Shown here piece by piece: positions 7,401 through 15,296 of a stretch of 64,000 nucleotides of DNA. The translations under genes were made by a program, and so were the position numbers. How positions within the stretch are numbered: the first letter of the stretch is position 1; each line of letters begins with the position of its first letter. Origin of the DNA: an uncultured Phycisphaera sp. (GTDB lineage: Bacteria > Planctomycetota > Phycisphaerae > UBA1845); assembly GCA_964646605.1 (NCBI GenBank), contig CAZYEX010000108.1, positions 9,382 through 73,381 of the forward strand, given 5' to 3'. A model generated the notes under the pieces. It was given only the letters and a program-made list of their open reading frames with translations, searched no databases and was not told the origin of the DNA.

Positions 7401-7681
7401 AAAGGCCCGCGCCAGGACGCGAGACGACGTTCCACAGATCCGATCGGGCCCTCTCTGCGCAGAGGCGAGGGTGGTTCCGGCGATCTTCGTCACGTCCGCA
7501 CCGGCGCGCCCGCGCCGGAGGGCGCGGCGGAAGCTCGCGCCGTCGCGGTTCCGCCGCCCCGTCGGAGCGGGTTCATTCTTGTCTCCCAGCGCCACGGGTT
7601 CCGTCCGGCGCCGCCGGACTCCACCGGTGGCTACACTCCGGCGCCCCTTCGGGGCGAACGGATGCTGACGTTGGGGCGCGA

Positions 7682-7703
7682 GCCACTGCTCAAGAGCAGT
7701 GGC
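7682..7703. other. perfect 22-nt palindrome GCCACTGCTC-AA-GAGCAGTGGC in a ~430-nt non-coding leader
   Basis: Read directly. It lies in the hairpin-rich gap between the tail-fibre fragment and the ATCase-like gene, which also holds the 7641-7656 GCGCCCC-TTC-GGGGCG hairpin. Confidence 0.5.
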
Positions 7704-7832
7704 ACCGCTGGAACGCTTGACAAACGGAGCGCCTGCGTGTCTACTTGTGGGGGTTCCGAATCCGCGCTCGGTGGTCCTGCGAATCGGAGGCCGCGTCCGG
7801 GTGGACGAGACGCACCCACGATGGGGTGAACC

Positions 7833-8945
7833 ATGACGACGACCATGACCAACGAACCGCATACGTCGCCGCAGCTCGACTCCGCGCATCGCGTGGCGGC
7901 GCTCAATCGCAACGACAAGCCCTTTCACGCCGTGCTGGCGCAGCAGTTCGACCGGACGGTTCTGGATCAGTTGTGTCAGCTTTCCGACATGATCCGGTCC
8001 ATCGGCGGTTCGCGGCAGGGGAGCCAATTCCTAGCCACGCTGCTGAGTCATCGGCGGGCGATGCTCTATTTCATCCAGCCGTCGACTCGGACGTTCTTGT
8101 CTTTTACCTCGGCTTGCCAGATCGTGGGGATGCGCTACAGCGAGGTGCGGGATCGTTCGACCTCCTCGGAAGTCAAAGGCGAGTCGGAAGACGACACCAT
8201 CCGCACCTTCAGCCAATACTTCGACTTGATCATCATGCGGCATCCGATGGAAGGGTTCGCGGAGCACGTGGCCACCATGCTTAACGAGATGCCGCGGACC
8301 ATTCCGGTGGTCAACGCGGGATCGGGCAAGGACCAGCATCCCACGCAGGCCCTGCTGGACATCTACACGTTGTATCGCTCGTTCGCCGATCCGCGGGCGG
8401 CGCGGAGCGAGCCGCGCTACAGCCGCAACGTCTTCGCGGGTAAGACCATCGCGTTCGTCGGCGATCTGAAGCGCGGGCGGACGGTGCGCTCGCTGACCTA
8501 TCTGCTATGCCGCTATCCGGGCGTGCGGCTGATGTTTGTCTCGCCGCCGGAGCTGCGCATCGGCGACGACATTCTCGAGTACGTCGGTCGGCACGGAGTG
8601 GAGTTCGAGATCGGTGACGACGTGCGAAAACAGATCGGCGAGTGCGACGCGGTGTACATGACGCGCTTGCAGGATGAGCACGACGTGGCCGGGGAGTCGA
8701 AGAAAATCGACTACGATGCGTATAGCTTGACCTACGAAATGGCGTCGCAGTTCAAGCCGACGTTGGCGATCCTGCACCCCTTGCCCCGCCGGCACGAGCT
8801 TGACCAGCGTTTGGATTCGCTTCCTCAGGCGAAGTATTGGGCCCAGGTCCGAAACGGCATGTGGATGCGTGCGGCGCTCATGGCGTCGATCCTGAACGTC
8901 GAGGTCGCCATCCGCGATCACTATCAGGCCTATTACACGTTCTAA
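7833..8945 (+). CDS. aspartate/ornithine carbamoyltransferase family protein, ATCase-like but atypical
   Basis: Motifs present: PSTRTFLSF (STRT), KGESEDDTIRT, HPTQALLD, VGDLKRGRTVRSL and HPLPRRHEL. HPTQ and HPLPR favour the ATCase branch. It has a ~50-aa N-terminal extension and reads STRTF where STRTR is usual. Confidence 0.75.
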   Translation: MTTTMTNEPHTSPQLDSAHRVAALNRNDKPFHAVLAQQFDRTVLDQLCQLSDMIRSIGGSRQGSQFLATLLSHRRAMLYFIQPSTRTFLSFTSACQIVGMRYSEVRDRSTSSEVKGESEDDTIRTFSQYFDLIIMRHPMEGFAEHVATMLNEMPRTIPVVNAGSGKDQHPTQALLDIYTLYRSFADPRAARSEPRYSRNVFAGKTIAFVGDLKRGRTVRSLTYLLCRYPGVRLMFVSPPELRIGDDILEYVGRHGVEFEIGDDVRKQIGECDAVYMTRLQDEHDVAGESKKIDYDAYSLTYEMASQFKPTLAILHPLPRRHELDQRLDSLPQAKYWAQVRNGMWMRAALMASILNVEVAIRDHYQAYYTF

Positions 8946-9006
8946 CGGGCCGCACAGCCTGAATCACGATATGCGGTTTGCGAGGCGGGTCCGGTCAACT
9001 TAGAAC

Positions 9007-9057
9007 GCGGCCCGGATTCCGAACCGACTTATGGGTCGGTCCTCAATCCGGGCCGCA
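9007..9057. terminator. long hairpin between convergent genes (putative bidirectional terminator)
   Basis: GCGGCCCGGATT...AATCCGGGCCGC is a perfect 12-bp outer stem, with an inner CCGAC/GTCGG pairing. It lies between the 8945 stop (+) and the 9097 stop (-). No clear U-tract. Confidence 0.45.
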
Positions 9058-9096
9058 GTCGCAAATCCGTGTTCGGCTCGCGGGTGCCGCGCCTAG

Positions 9097-9501
9097 TCAC
9101 CGACTGTGGAAGGAGAACCCACCGCGGTGGTGACGGCTGCCGTAACCGAAGCCCACGCTTATGCCGGAGGGTCGGTAGTAACCGTGACCGTAATGCACCG
9201 GGGCGTATGGCCGCTGGTACACGACCGGCGGATAGTATGCCGGGCGGTGCCCGTAAGTCACCGTCCGCACCGGGGCCGGGTAGGCATACGGCTGGGAGTA
9301 TACGACCGGCTGGGCATACACCACCGGCGACGAGTACACGACCGGCGCCGAATAGACCGGAGCGTTGTAGTAGTAACTCGGGACGTAACTCACGTACGTT
9401 CCGCAGGACCGGCGGTAATGGTCCGCGTTCGCCGAAGCGCTCCCCAGACCCAGAACTCCCGCGACCGCGACCAACCCCGCAACTTTCGTTTTGCCGAACA
9501 T
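9097..9501 (-). CDS. small secreted Tyr/Pro/Val-rich low-complexity protein
   Basis: AGGAG lies 7 nt upstream of the ATG. Signal peptide MFGKTKVAGLVAVAGVLGLGSASA. Degenerate repeats follow: PVYSAPVVYSSPVVYAQPVVYSQPYAYPAPV... Confidence 0.65.
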   Translation of the reverse strand: MFGKTKVAGLVAVAGVLGLGSASANADHYRRSCGTYVSYVPSYYYNAPVYSAPVVYSSPVVYAQPVVYSQPYAYPAPVRTVTYGHRPAYYPPVVYQRPYAPVHYGHGYYRPSGISVGFGYGSRHHRGGFSFHSR

Positions 9502-9667
9502 GGCTGATTCTCCTGTTTAGACCCAGGGGCCTTAGGCCCCGTTGCTCTCATAGACATCCTACATCACCGGTTGGATAGTCTTCACCGTCGGAAGATGTCA
9601 GAAAGCGTGACGTTAGTTTAGTCATTTTATCTTATGTCAAATCTGGTATTGCAGGCTCCGTGGTTGG

Positions 9668-11584
9668 TTATCGGTCGTTGGATAGCCATTCGGCGATCTG
9701 GCGACGCTCGGCGGGTGTGAGGCGGTCTCTGAAACTGGGCATTCGGGCCCTCTCGCGGCCAGTGCTGCGGTAGCGGGTTTCGTGGTCGGGTTCGGCGATC
9801 ATGCGTTCGATCCAGGCGGGGGCGCCGTAGTTTTTCATTTCCGGGGCGCGAGTGGTTCCGGTTCGGTTGCCGTCATAGGAGTGGCACTCGTTGCAAACGG
9901 ACATGAAGACTTCGCGGCCGCGATGGATCAGAGATTCGTTCGCGGCGGCGGAGGGCGTGTCCGCGGGCTGGCGCTCGCGGCTCTGAAGGTCGGGTCGCTT
10001 CCGCTCCCCGCTCTGATTGGCGAGAAAGGCGGCGACGGCGTCGAAGTCGGCGGAGATTTGGCGGAGCATTTCCTCATCGGCGCTTTCGGTGCGCTCACGG
10101 ATGAAGCGGGCCATGCGGGTATGGGCGGGATCTCCTTCGGGGGTTCGCATGAGGCCGAAGTAGCGGGGGCTCATGGGATCGGTGAGGAGTCCTCGAATCC
10201 AATCGCGAGAGGCGAAGCCGCCAAGGTCGGATGAGGTCGCGGGTTCTGCGGGGGTGCGGCCCAGGGCGTCGTGGCCGTCGAAGCGATGGCAAGTCGCACA
10301 GTGAGCGGCGAAGAGTCTGGGGCCCTGTGTCATGGGGTCGGCAGCGAGCAGTTCCCACGGACCTGTCGGGGGGATGCCATGCGCCGCGGCGAGTTCGTGG
10401 GCGCGGGTCGCGGTCCGGCGAGCCAGGGCGCGTTGTTCGTGGAATTGTCGGGCTTGCAGGGCATGTTGGTCCGCGAGCGTCAGCGGTTCGCCTTGCTGCT
10501 GTTTGGCGCGGATGGCGTCCACGGTTTTCGTGATTGGGTTTCGATCGTCGAGTAGCGCGGCGGCGGTGAGGATCAGGATGCCGGCGGCCAGGGCGGCACA
10601 GAATCCGCGCGCTATGCGGTCTGCGAAGGCCACGGGCATAAGACGCTGCAACCAGGGAAGGCAGAATAAGAGCATGGTCACCGCACCGGGGATAAGGATC
10701 GCACCGGCGACCTCGGCCGTGGGTCCTTCGAACCCCTTGAGCCATTGGAAGAGGAACAAGGTGTGCCACTCGGGGCGGGCGGGGTAGTCGGTCGCGGTCG
10801 GGTCGGCGGGGGCGTCGAGGAGAGAGGAATCGAGGAGGATGTGCGCGCACCAGGTCGCTCCGAACACGGCCAGGATCACGATGAGGGGGGAAATCGCGAC
10901 GAGGCCCGCCCGTTCGCGGTCGCGGTCCAGAACGGCGGCTGCGTCGGGAAGCGATGCCAACCCCGCGCCACCCACAGCCCTTCGCGTCGCCGGAGGCGAC
11001 GCGCCGGGGACGACGCTCCATTCTCGGTCGCCTCGTCGGGGTGGCGCTACACGTCGGCGGATCAACCACGCGAAGGCGAGCGGCAAGACCAGGACGTGGA
11101 GGGTGTAGAAGCGGGTGAGGGTGAGGTTGCCGAGGTCGGGGCCTCCGAGGAGAAGTTTGGCGAGAGGCTCGCCGAGCAGCGGGGCCTTGGCGAGGATGTT
11201 GGTTCGGACCTTGGTTCCCCAGAAGCCCTCTTGGTCCCAGGGGAGCAGGTGGCCGGTGAGGGAGAGGGCGAGTGTCAGCCAGAGGCACCCAAGAGTGACC
11301 GTCCACAAGCGCCATCCCGGCCCGCGGTAGGCGCGTTGGAATACGATCCGGCCGGCGAAAAGCGCGAGGAGCACGATCAGAGCGTCGGAGGCGAAGTGGT
11401 GGACTCCGCGAATCAGCCATCCCGACGGAACCTGGGTTTGGATGTACCAGGTGCTTCCCCAGGCGGTGGTCGTCGAGGGGCTGTAGACGGTCATGAGGAC
11501 AATGCCCGTCGCGACTTGCACGGCGAACAGGGCGACGATGGTCTTACGAAGGCCCGGCATGGCGCTACTGTACCGCGAGGGCAT
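9668..11584 (-). CDS. cytochrome b-like (bc/b6f-type) membrane domain fused to a C-terminal di-heme cytochrome c domain
   Basis: Cytochrome b signatures: FAVQVATGIVLMTVYSPS, IRGVHHFASD, LTGHLLPWDQEGFWGTKV, RFYTLHVLVLP and PEWH (equivalent to PEWY). Two CxxCH motifs: CATCH and CNECH. The start is uncertain. I chose ATG 11584 because the first ~94 codons of the 732-aa ORF look non-coding. Confidence 0.8.
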   Translation of the reverse strand: MPSRYSSAMPGLRKTIVALFAVQVATGIVLMTVYSPSTTTAWGSTWYIQTQVPSGWLIRGVHHFASDALIVLLALFAGRIVFQRAYRGPGWRLWTVTLGCLWLTLALSLTGHLLPWDQEGFWGTKVRTNILAKAPLLGEPLAKLLLGGPDLGNLTLTRFYTLHVLVLPLAFAWLIRRRVAPPRRGDREWSVVPGASPPATRRAVGGAGLASLPDAAAVLDRDRERAGLVAISPLIVILAVFGATWCAHILLDSSLLDAPADPTATDYPARPEWHTLFLFQWLKGFEGPTAEVAGAILIPGAVTMLLFCLPWLQRLMPVAFADRIARGFCAALAAGILILTAAALLDDRNPITKTVDAIRAKQQQGEPLTLADQHALQARQFHEQRALARRTATRAHELAAAHGIPPTGPWELLAADPMTQGPRLFAAHCATCHRFDGHDALGRTPAEPATSSDLGGFASRDWIRGLLTDPMSPRYFGLMRTPEGDPAHTRMARFIRERTESADEEMLRQISADFDAVAAFLANQSGERKRPDLQSRERQPADTPSAAANESLIHRGREVFMSVCNECHSYDGNRTGTTRAPEMKNYGAPAWIERMIAEPDHETRYRSTGRERARMPSFRDRLTPAERRQIAEWLSNDR

Positions 11585-11629
11585 CGGATGGGAATGTCGT
11601 TGGGACGGGGCGGGATTGCGGGGGAAGTC

Positions 11630-11655
11630 CGAAGTTCGAAGGTCGAAGTTCGAAG
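11630..11655. repeat. two direct copies of CGAAGTTCGAAG (each contains the palindrome CGAA-G-TTCG), 14 bp apart
   Basis: Read directly in the divergent intergenic region between cyt b/c (-) and the 11840 ORF (+). Possibly an operator. Confidence 0.5.
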
Positions 11656-11839
11656 AAGGAGTCGCCGACGGGTGGAGTCGCCGAGTCGGAGTACGACGTG
11701 GCACCGGGCCCGCGGTGGCATGTCCAAGGGGCAAATCGACGCAAAGCGGGGGGGTTGTTGGGAACCGGAGGAGGCTTACAATGGCCAAACAGGAGGTCAG
11801 AGACTGCTTCGTCGGAGTAGGCAAGAAGAGGTGCGATGA

Positions 11840-12664
11840 GTGGAAGAAATGGCTGACATCGACCAATCAGAGACATTCGAGCAAGCGCGCGCTGAACTGC
11901 CCGATGTCTCGCCGCACGTGTCGGTTTTCTGGAAACCGCTACGCTGTCTTCTCGAAGAAGGCAAGCCGATCGATCCGGTCACGGTCCTTTTCTACGATTT
12001 GGGTGACGGCAAACGATTGCCATTTGCGGCGGTCGCGAAAACGCCCGGTGACCGGCTTATTCTGTGGCCAGCCTGGGACGCCAGTGAGCCCGGCGAGTCT
12101 GAAGATGGGCAGGCGTTCCCAATCCATCATGCAACGCTCGAGCTCGCGAACGGGAGGACGCATTTCACTTATTTTGGCGCAGGTGGGCAACGTCTACATG
12201 AGGATTGCGGTTGGGAACTGGCTAGTTTCAAAGGTGGATTGCAGTTATGGCTGGTCAGTGCGTTCAGCGTTGGATTGCTGGAGCAGCAAGTCGGCGCACT
12301 CGAGCAGAAGGTGCGGGTCCCCGAAATCAATGATCCTAAGCGTCGGGAGCGTGAGTTCGCGCGCTACGCCGCCGAGATGAAGTCCGTGGACCTGCAGACG
12401 CCGCCGCTGCGCGGCAACTGCCTTGTCAGTGTCATTCATCTGATGCCCGATTCGGCGGGCTTTCGCGGTCCGATAGAGCCGGCTCACTTTCCGATGGGGA
12501 GCTTTTGGAACGATTGGATTGACGGTTGGGCGGATGGCGACAGCTTTCAAATCGCTCCGACAGGCGTGAACGTGGGCGGAGTGAATTTGATTGTGCTTAC
12601 CGCCGCGCCGCTCGGGTGCCTGAGGGCTTCCGGTTTTCTCGGAGCAAGTAGTTCCCACCCCTGA
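11840..12664 (+). CDS. hypothetical protein (274 aa), no recognisable domain
   Basis: GTG start with GAGGTG 6 nt upstream (ATG at 11849 is an alternative). Codon usage looks coding. Sampled GC is about 53-62%, below the flanking genes. The stop lies 10 nt before the next ORF. Confidence 0.55.
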   Translation: MEEMADIDQSETFEQARAELPDVSPHVSVFWKPLRCLLEEGKPIDPVTVLFYDLGDGKRLPFAAVAKTPGDRLILWPAWDASEPGESEDGQAFPIHHATLELANGRTHFTYFGAGGQRLHEDCGWELASFKGGLQLWLVSAFSVGLLEQQVGALEQKVRVPEINDPKRREREFARYAAEMKSVDLQTPPLRGNCLVSVIHLMPDSAGFRGPIEPAHFPMGSFWNDWIDGWADGDSFQIAPTGVNVGGVNLIVLTAAPLGCLRASGFLGASSSHP

Positions 12665-12674
12665 GGTCCGATAC

Positions 12675-13805
12675 TTGGCTCTACCGTTCTTCAACGACGT
12701 CGAGAACCGAGAACTGGTCCAGCGGATTGAACTTGCGCAACGGGACGAGCGAAGCCGTCATGGGCAACGATCGGGGGCAATCTCTAGCGATTACGTGAGT
12801 CGCGGTCTGTCCTCTTCTTCCATGTGTTTTGCTGACCAGTGGCGGGAAAAGCTGGACCACCAAGTGAAGTTGGCAGAGATCGTAATCGATCAGGTGTTCC
12901 AATTGGTAGAGGCAGTCGATCGGCGACTCACTGGGAACGACGAGACCGCCATCATCGAGGCAGTCGTGCCGCCATGCAACCAGGCCATGCAGAGCTATAG
13001 TCAAGAGCAAGAAAAGGGGTTGAGAGACCGCGGACTGGCGAGTTCTACGTTCACTGGGTCCATGAATTCCATGTGGAACATGACGTGCGCTGAGGCGACG
13101 CAGAGGATTACCGCAACAGTTCGGACGAGGACACGAGACTGGGATCGCAAACGGCGGGAGGCGAGGAGACTGAGGCGCAAGGAGTGGCTCGACCGCATTC
13201 CGGCTTGGTGGTCCATCATTCTGGCGATTGGCGGCGTGGCTATCGGATGGGTCGCGAGGGATTTCGTTCCAGATGTGGTACCGCAGGAGAAGAAAAACAT
13301 GGGCGAACTGAAGTGGTTTGACTACTCGGGCCAGTCGACAGAGGAGATGCTCACGCTGGAGGGGAAGTACCGGACGGACTCGCTGGTTGTGGCGTTCGAC
13401 CAAGCCGTGGGGCAAAAGGCTACGCGCGTCGGGGAAGAAAACCTAACGCAGGAGGAGAGGATCATCCTTATCATTGAGGCCCTGGAGAGCGAGGTCAATA
13501 ACGGCGGATACGAGCAGTTTTTCGGCAACACCTCTGGGGAATATGCTCCGGTCCTCGTTGACGCCCTGAACCGCATCGGACTTCCCGGGACAGCGGTCAT
13601 CAGCCAGCAGGCAATCGATGCCCTTGGGATCCGAGGGCCTCTTACCGTGGATGCCATCGATCGGGCGATGCAAGAAGAAAGTGAAGAACGAACCAAAAAA
13701 CTCCAGGCGTGCGACAAGCGATACTTCGCGGAGGCGGGGGACCTGTCGGGGCCGCTGCTGGAATTCATCAAGGCGAATCGAGCGAGCATTCGGTTGAGGG
13801 ATTAG
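12675..13805 (+). CDS. hypothetical membrane-anchored protein with a C-terminal DUF4375/DMP19-like domain
   Basis: The C-terminus, EERIILIIEALESEVNNGGYEQFFGNTSGEYAPVLVDALNRIGLPG, matches the 'NGGf.QFF.N' signature I associate with DUF4375 (DNA-mimic DMP19 family). A central hydrophobic helix reads IPAWWSIILAIGGVAIGWVA. The start is TTG with a GAGG about 8 nt upstream; the first ATG is 49 codons in. Confidence 0.55.
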   Translation: MALPFFNDVENRELVQRIELAQRDERSRHGQRSGAISSDYVSRGLSSSSMCFADQWREKLDHQVKLAEIVIDQVFQLVEAVDRRLTGNDETAIIEAVVPPCNQAMQSYSQEQEKGLRDRGLASSTFTGSMNSMWNMTCAEATQRITATVRTRTRDWDRKRREARRLRRKEWLDRIPAWWSIILAIGGVAIGWVARDFVPDVVPQEKKNMGELKWFDYSGQSTEEMLTLEGKYRTDSLVVAFDQAVGQKATRVGEENLTQEERIILIIEALESEVNNGGYEQFFGNTSGEYAPVLVDALNRIGLPGTAVISQQAIDALGIRGPLTVDAIDRAMQEESEERTKKLQACDKRYFAEAGDLSGPLLEFIKANRASIRLRD

Positions 13806-14055
13806 AGGGCGACGTCTCGAAGGAGCGGTATGCTCCGCGTGCTCGGCGCGAGGGCGACCGTACCGTTTCTGTCGCGGTTCGGTATCGCGCGCGGGACTGT
13901 TCCGTTCCGCGGCGGCTGGGATCATCCGGTCGCTTGCGCATCCAGCTCTGAAAGTCCGCGGCTCGTTTTGCTGAACGCCCGCGGCTCTGGGGAGGCGGCG
14001 CGTTCTCGTCACCCACGAGGGGTGACGCTACATGGGAAGCGGCGGGCGGCGGTGC

Positions 14056-14107
14056 GACCCTCACCCTGCCCTCGCCCTTGGAGGGAGAGGGGGTCAGGTG
14101 AGGGGGC
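14056..14107. repeat. GC-rich palindromic repeat, family 1 copy
   Basis: GACCCTCACCCTGCCCTCGCCCTTGGAGGGAGAGGGGGTCAGGTGAGGGGG is an imperfect palindrome. Its right arm overlaps the last codons and the stop of the Rieske gene. Confidence 0.65.
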
Positions 14108-14621
14108 GTTTCTCGGCGAGGCCGGTTTGGAACTCGGTGTACTGGACCTCGATCCAGCGGAGGCCGGATTCGTCGGGCTCGGTGACACGGCATGGCAGTT
14201 GGTCCATGTCGCGGGGGGAGGGTCCGGAGCGGCGGCGGCCGGAGGCGTCGAAGTCGCTGGCGTGGCAGGGGCAAGAGAACGCGCTGCGATCGGCGGCGTA
14301 GTCGATGCCGCATCCCAGGTGCGGGCAAATCACTTGTAAACATCGGACATCGGCGTCCGGCGTCGCGCGGGTCAGCCAGACCGCCCCGACGGGGGCCGCC
14401 GGATGGTGCATGTAGGCATCCTGCCGATCGGCGTGTACCAAGGCGCGAAGCGGCCGGCCTGGGGTGAGCGAATCCAGCGGCGCGAGGCGCAGGAAGCGCT
14501 CTTCGCGGCGCTTTCGGCGGAGAGGCTCGGTCAGGAAACGAAAGGCGGGAACGGCCACCAGCAGACCGACGGCGGCGTTCATCGCGGCGGCGAGGACTTC
14601 GAGGAACTTTCGGCGGTTCAT
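14094..14621 (-). CDS. Rieske [2Fe-2S] protein (ubiquinol-cytochrome c reductase iron-sulfur subunit-like)
   Basis: Tat-type signal MNRRKFLEVLAAA. Cluster motifs CPHLGC and CPCH. GGAG lies 7 nt upstream of ATG 14621. Confidence 0.9.
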   Translation of the reverse strand: MNRRKFLEVLAAAMNAAVGLLVAVPAFRFLTEPLRRKRREERFLRLAPLDSLTPGRPLRALVHADRQDAYMHHPAAPVGAVWLTRATPDADVRCLQVICPHLGCGIDYAADRSAFSCPCHASDFDASGRRRSGPSPRDMDQLPCRVTEPDESGLRWIEVQYTEFQTGLAEKRPLT

Positions 14622-14642
14622 GCAGGGCTCCAAGCAAGGATG

Positions 14643-15296
14643 TCATGGGTCGGTGGAAGCTTGCGAGCGATGGCGAAGATACTCGACGGCGAGGGGCAAG
14701 AGTGAAATGGCGACGATGACCAGGACGACCAGGGAGAAGTTTTCCTGCACGACGGTCAGTCCGCCGAAGAAGTACCCAGCGCCCACGCAGGCGCCGACCC
14801 AGAGCAAACCGCCGATGACGTTGTAGGCCAGGAACCGCCGGTAGGTCATGGTTCCGATTCCCGCGACGAAGGGTGCGAAGGTGCGCACGATGGGGATGAA
14901 GCGGGCGATGATGATGGTTTTCCCGCCGTATTTTTCGAAGAAGGCGTGGGTGCGGTCGAGGTGGTCCTGCTTGATCCATCGGCCGGTGTGGCGGCGGAGG
15001 ATGTGTTCGCCGAGGTATTGGCCGATCCAGTAATTGACCGTGTCGCCGAGAATGGCAGCGGCGGAAAGGACGAGGAACAAAATAAGTCCGTCCAACGAGC
15101 CGCGTCCGGCGAAGGCCCCAGCGGCGAAGAGCAAGGAGTCGCCGGGGAGGATGGGGGTGACGACGAGTCCGGTTTCGGCGAAGACGATGAGGAAGAGCAC
15201 GAGATAGGTCCACAGTCCGTAGGCTTCGATCAGCCCGGCGAGGTGGTGGTCGAGGTGGAGGAGGACGTCGAAGAAACGGGCGATCAGATCAACCAT
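14643..15296 (-). CDS. DedA family (SNARE-associated) inner-membrane protein
   Basis: 217 aa with FAETGLVVTPILPGDSLLFAAGAFA...GDTVNYWIGQYLG...KYGGKTIIIARFIPIVRTFAPFVAG, the typical DedA signature. Confidence 0.85.
   Translation of the reverse strand: MVDLIARFFDVLLHLDHHLAGLIEAYGLWTYLVLFLIVFAETGLVVTPILPGDSLLFAAGAFAGRGSLDGLILFLVLSAAAILGDTVNYWIGQYLGEHILRRHTGRWIKQDHLDRTHAFFEKYGGKTIIIARFIPIVRTFAPFVAGIGTMTYRRFLAYNVIGGLLWVGACVGAGYFFGGLTVVQENFSLVVLVIVAISLLPLAVEYLRHRSQASTDP

Noticed and set aside
7113-7829. 238-aa ORF as an intact gene.
   Set aside because: Only its first ~90 codons resemble a protein module, and that module continues from a different frame upstream (frameshift near 7110). The rest is Arg/Pro/Gly-rich read-through of the non-coding leader. 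I treat it as a pseudogene fragment.
11585-11866. N-terminal 94 codons of the 732-aa cytochrome ORF, and likewise the upstream extensions of dnaX (4791-5141), prkA (26660-26824), the LVIVD protein (31035-31193), the fibre protein (36548-36724), mtnA (48053-48199) and the beta-propeller protein (52995-63).
   Set aside because: The extensions lack coding character, overlap divergent promoter regions or other genes, and internal ATGs with SD sequences give N-termini that match the families.
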